A stretch of DNA of 64,000 nt. Origin: Mayamaea pseudoterrestris (Eukaryota). The notes under the pieces were generated by a model, which was not told where the DNA came from, ran no database searches, and saw only the letters and a list, made by a program, of their open reading frames with translations. Location: positions 1,116,001 through 1,180,000 of the forward strand of contig BROI01000005.1 in NCBI GenBank assembly GCA_027923505.1. The letters are read 5' to 3'. This document shows, piece after piece, positions 60,851-64,000 of this stretch (position 1 is its first letter; every line of letters starts with the position of its first letter). Both the position numbers and the translations under genes were made by a program.

Positions 60851-63800
60851 ATGGCAGATTCGGCGGAGGAAAAAAAGAGAAAGCGTCTGGAAGCTTGGCG
60901 CCGAAAGAAGCAGATAGAAAATGCCGATGAAGCCCCTGGCAGCATAACGTCCGTGGCACCAGCCGCCAGCAGGGTTGCTCTCTCCCTATCATTCTCAAGT
61001 CTGAAGCAGAAACCTGGGAGGAAAAGTAACAAGCCACACGTTACCGTCCCTGTGAAAGATTCATTCTTTGACGCTGATGAAAAATCTGCTGACGAGGAAT
61101 CGTTGCGCCCCCAGCGACCTCTAATGGAGTTAGAAGCAGTTGTTGACAAGTCGACTTTACAACCATCACTTGCGAAAAAAAGACGACAGGGACCTCGATG
61201 GGATCAAACTAAGGAAGGCAGCAATATAAATTCATCCGTCGCGAACGAACCAGACGCACTCGATCAATTTATGAATCAGTTACAATCAGGCACGCAAGAC
61301 ATGGTTCGCACGCAGGACCTCAACATTAATGTTTCTGGATCCATGATGGGCACTGCTCACAAAAATTACAATGGTGTGTTAGTGACAAATGGACCAAAGT
61401 ATACACCAAATGACTGGATGAGTGACGCTGGGAGCGCTACGGAGGATGACGATGAGCAGGAGGAGGAAGCTCGCCGCCGATTGATCGATGCGCTGAAAGT
61501 GGCACCTGTTCCACCGTCGCCTGGTAACGACTTGATTCACGATGATGACGAACTTCCTATTCAACTTGCCTCGGAAGTAAAGTCAGAAAAGCTTCGGCGT
61601 GAACACCAGCTCAAGCAGCTGGAAATGGAGGCGCAGACAGCTCGCCAAGGATCGGAGCAAGCTCCAGACGTCGGTCGCTTGTATAACGATGACGGCGCCG
61701 TCATGGAAGAAGCTGAACGCACCTTGCAAGTTTTGCAGCAGGCGCCGGATGCGCTGACCGTATTGGCGGAACTTAACAAAAAAAAGGAGATTCAGTCTGT
61801 AGATCACGACATGATTGACTATCTACCGCTCGTCAAAAACCTGTATAGGGTGCCGCGTAGTCTGGCAAGTTTGACTCCTGATGAAGTCATTAATCGACGA
61901 GCAAAGCTACAAATTAAGGTCCGGGGACAAGGGGCTCCAGCGCCTGTGTCAAGTTTTCAGGAATGCGGACTTTCCGATAAGATTCTACAAACGCTCAAGG
62001 ACCAAGGAATATCGCAGCCGTTCCCTGTCCAAGCCCAATGCATTCCTTGCATCATGGCTGGTCGTGATGTTATTGGCATTGCCAAGACTGGCAGTGGCAA
62101 GACTTTGGCGTACTTGCTGCCCATGTTACGGCATATTCAGGCGCAACCTCCGTTAGCGTCGAACGAATCGGGACCAATTGGATTAGTACTCGCTCCGGCG
62201 CGCGAACTGGCCTTTCAGATTTTTTCTGTATGTCGTCAACTCGCCAAGCCGCTGGGATTAAAGTAAGTACATTGCATCTCTTGCGACGTTATTATGCAAA
62301 CTGGCCATTTGCTCAACCATTTCATGTTTGTTGCTGCGGCAGCCAACATGCATCATAGCAGTGTAACATGCGTGCTTTTTGTTCCTGTTATACATGCTGA
62401 TGTTCTTACCCTTGTGTTTTCTTTGATCTAGATCCACAGCAGTTTATGGTGGCGCCGGTGTTGCGGAACAGATTGCTGATTTGAAACGGGGTGTCAGTAT
62501 TGCAGTGTGTACCCCTGGCCGCCTCATTGATATATTAACCATGCAGGCAGGCAAACTTCTTTCGCTACAGCGAGTGTCCTACGTTGTCATGGATGAGTCA
62601 GATCGTCTTTATGACATGGGGTTCGCACCACAAATCACCGCTGTATTGACCGCAATTCGTCCCGATCGACAGACCATTCTATTTTCGGCAACATTCCCCA
62701 AAACAATTGAAGCACTTGCTCGAAAGTCATTGAAGTATCCTGTCGAGGTCATAGTGGGTGGGCGCTCAGTTGCATCAAACCAAATCACACAGTACGCCGA
62801 ACTATTGGACGAAGGTGACAAGTTTCTACGCCTTCTCATGATCCTAGGAGAGCAAGTAGAAGGAACAAAGAAGGTCCTTGTCTTTGTCGATACACAAGTC
62901 CGAGCTGACAATCTATTCGAACAATTGCTTCGGAATGGATATCCTACGCTGTCACTGCACGGTGGTAAGGAGCAAGAGGATCGCGATACAACCATTGCGG
63001 ACTTTAAGCGCAAGGATGGCCCCAATGTTCTCGTCGCAACTGGTGTTGCCGGTCGTGGTTTAGATGTTCCTGCCTGTACCTGTGTCATAAACTATTGTGC
63101 ACCCAACCACTTGGAGGCATACGTACATCAGGTGGGAAGGACTGGACGAGCGGGCAAGCAAGGTGTCGCATACACTTTTGTGAACGGTTCCAACGAAGCC
63201 AAGTACGCGCCAGTTATTGTGCGAGCACTCAGCGAGTCCGGCCAGGCCGAAAACATCGACCCGCGGCTGAAAAAGCTATCGGAAGACTACAAAGCAAAGG
63301 TTGAAAAGGGAGAGGCTAAGTTTGCTGGCAGCGGATTTAAAGGCAAAGGATATACATACGACTCAACTGAATTAAGCGACGCGCAAAAGGTGGCTCACTA
63401 CGAGAAGCGTCAAGCGCTTATTGAGGCAGGGATGCTCGATCCGGATGACGAAGATATGATTCAAGAAGAAGTCAAGTCACGCAAGGAGGAGCGAGCAGAG
63501 GATGGTAGGGCACAAGGAGCTACTCAAAAGCTTGAAATACCCGAACACTTGACTCCAGAGTTACTAGCGCTCCCTGGCATGAAGGATGCCTTGCTGCGCA
63601 AGGCTGGGATTGTACCGGAATCCGACAAGTCTAGTAGTCTGGCTGGTAACGACACGGAAGAAAACATTTACGATTCATCGCTCAGTGGCGCCGTCCGCCT
63701 GAGTGACACACATTGGCTGCAGGAAGTTGATATAAATGATTATCCTCGCGAAGCACGCTGGAAAGTGACTCAGCGTGAAACTACTGGTCGTCTCCAAGAT

Positions 63801-64000
63801 GAGTTTCGGACGGCCGTAACACTCAAGGGATCCTACTTTCCAGCCGGAAAAATGCCGTCAGGTAACGAGCGTCGACTGTATCTGCATTTGGAATCAACGA
63901 GCGAGCACAACGTGCAAAACTGCGTGCTTGAAATTCGTCGCCTTTTGAATGAAGAGACATTGCGAGTGAGCGTCAAGGGCACTGTTGGAGGTGGTAGTCA
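60851..64000 (+). CDS. DDX46: DEAD-box RNA helicase PRP5/DDX46 (3' end runs off the window); exons 60851-62262, 62432-64000+
   Basis: EKKRKRLEAWRRKK, DALDQFM, Q motif PFPVQ, AKTGSGKT, APARELA, CTPGRL, DESD, SAT, HQVGRTGRAG, GFKGKGY, C-terminal KH-like INDYPREARWKVT. GT-AG intron 62263-62431. Confidence 0.95.

Noticed and set aside
62320..62352. Hairpin CATGTT...AACATG in the PRP5 intron as a snoRNA or miRNA
   Set aside because: Short imperfect stem with no properly placed C/D or H/ACA boxes.

Overview
This is gene-dense eukaryotic nuclear DNA, most likely from a diatom. The inference rests on bipartite ASAFAP-type plastid presequences, a red-lineage light-harvesting gene, short 70-170 bp spliceosomal introns and very short intergenic spacers. 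I can support about 33 protein-coding genes, mostly housekeeping: eIF4E (partial), HDAC1/RPD3, MMS19, a CDC48-like AAA ATPase, DRE2/anamorsin, LLPH, Ku80, NOP6-like RRM, KCR, DnaJ, LAS1, PRP31, a PPR protein, YTM1/WDR12, an NTT carrier, an LHC/FCP, E(z)/EZH2, NUG1/GNL3, VPS37, TEX264-like, ClpS, ABC1 kinase, WW-NELF-C/D, a C2/C1 MCTP-like protein and PRP5/DDX46 (partial). I saw no tRNA, rRNA, CRISPR array or transposase. The most notable observations are: (1) an 8 x 42-bp tandem array with TGACG(T) motifs in a bidirectional promoter; (2) a NELF-C/D homolog fused to two WW domains; (3) a J-domain protein with a triple repeat I cannot assign, plus a stand-alone copy of that repeat module 2.3 kb away; (4) a recurrent upstream palindrome, TACCGGTA; (5) an in-frame TAA in an otherwise intact ABC1 kinase; (6) a GC-AG intron in ClpS; (7) clustering of cytosolic Fe-S assembly and ribosome-biogenesis genes. 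All family assignments come from recognising motifs by eye; no database searches were run.
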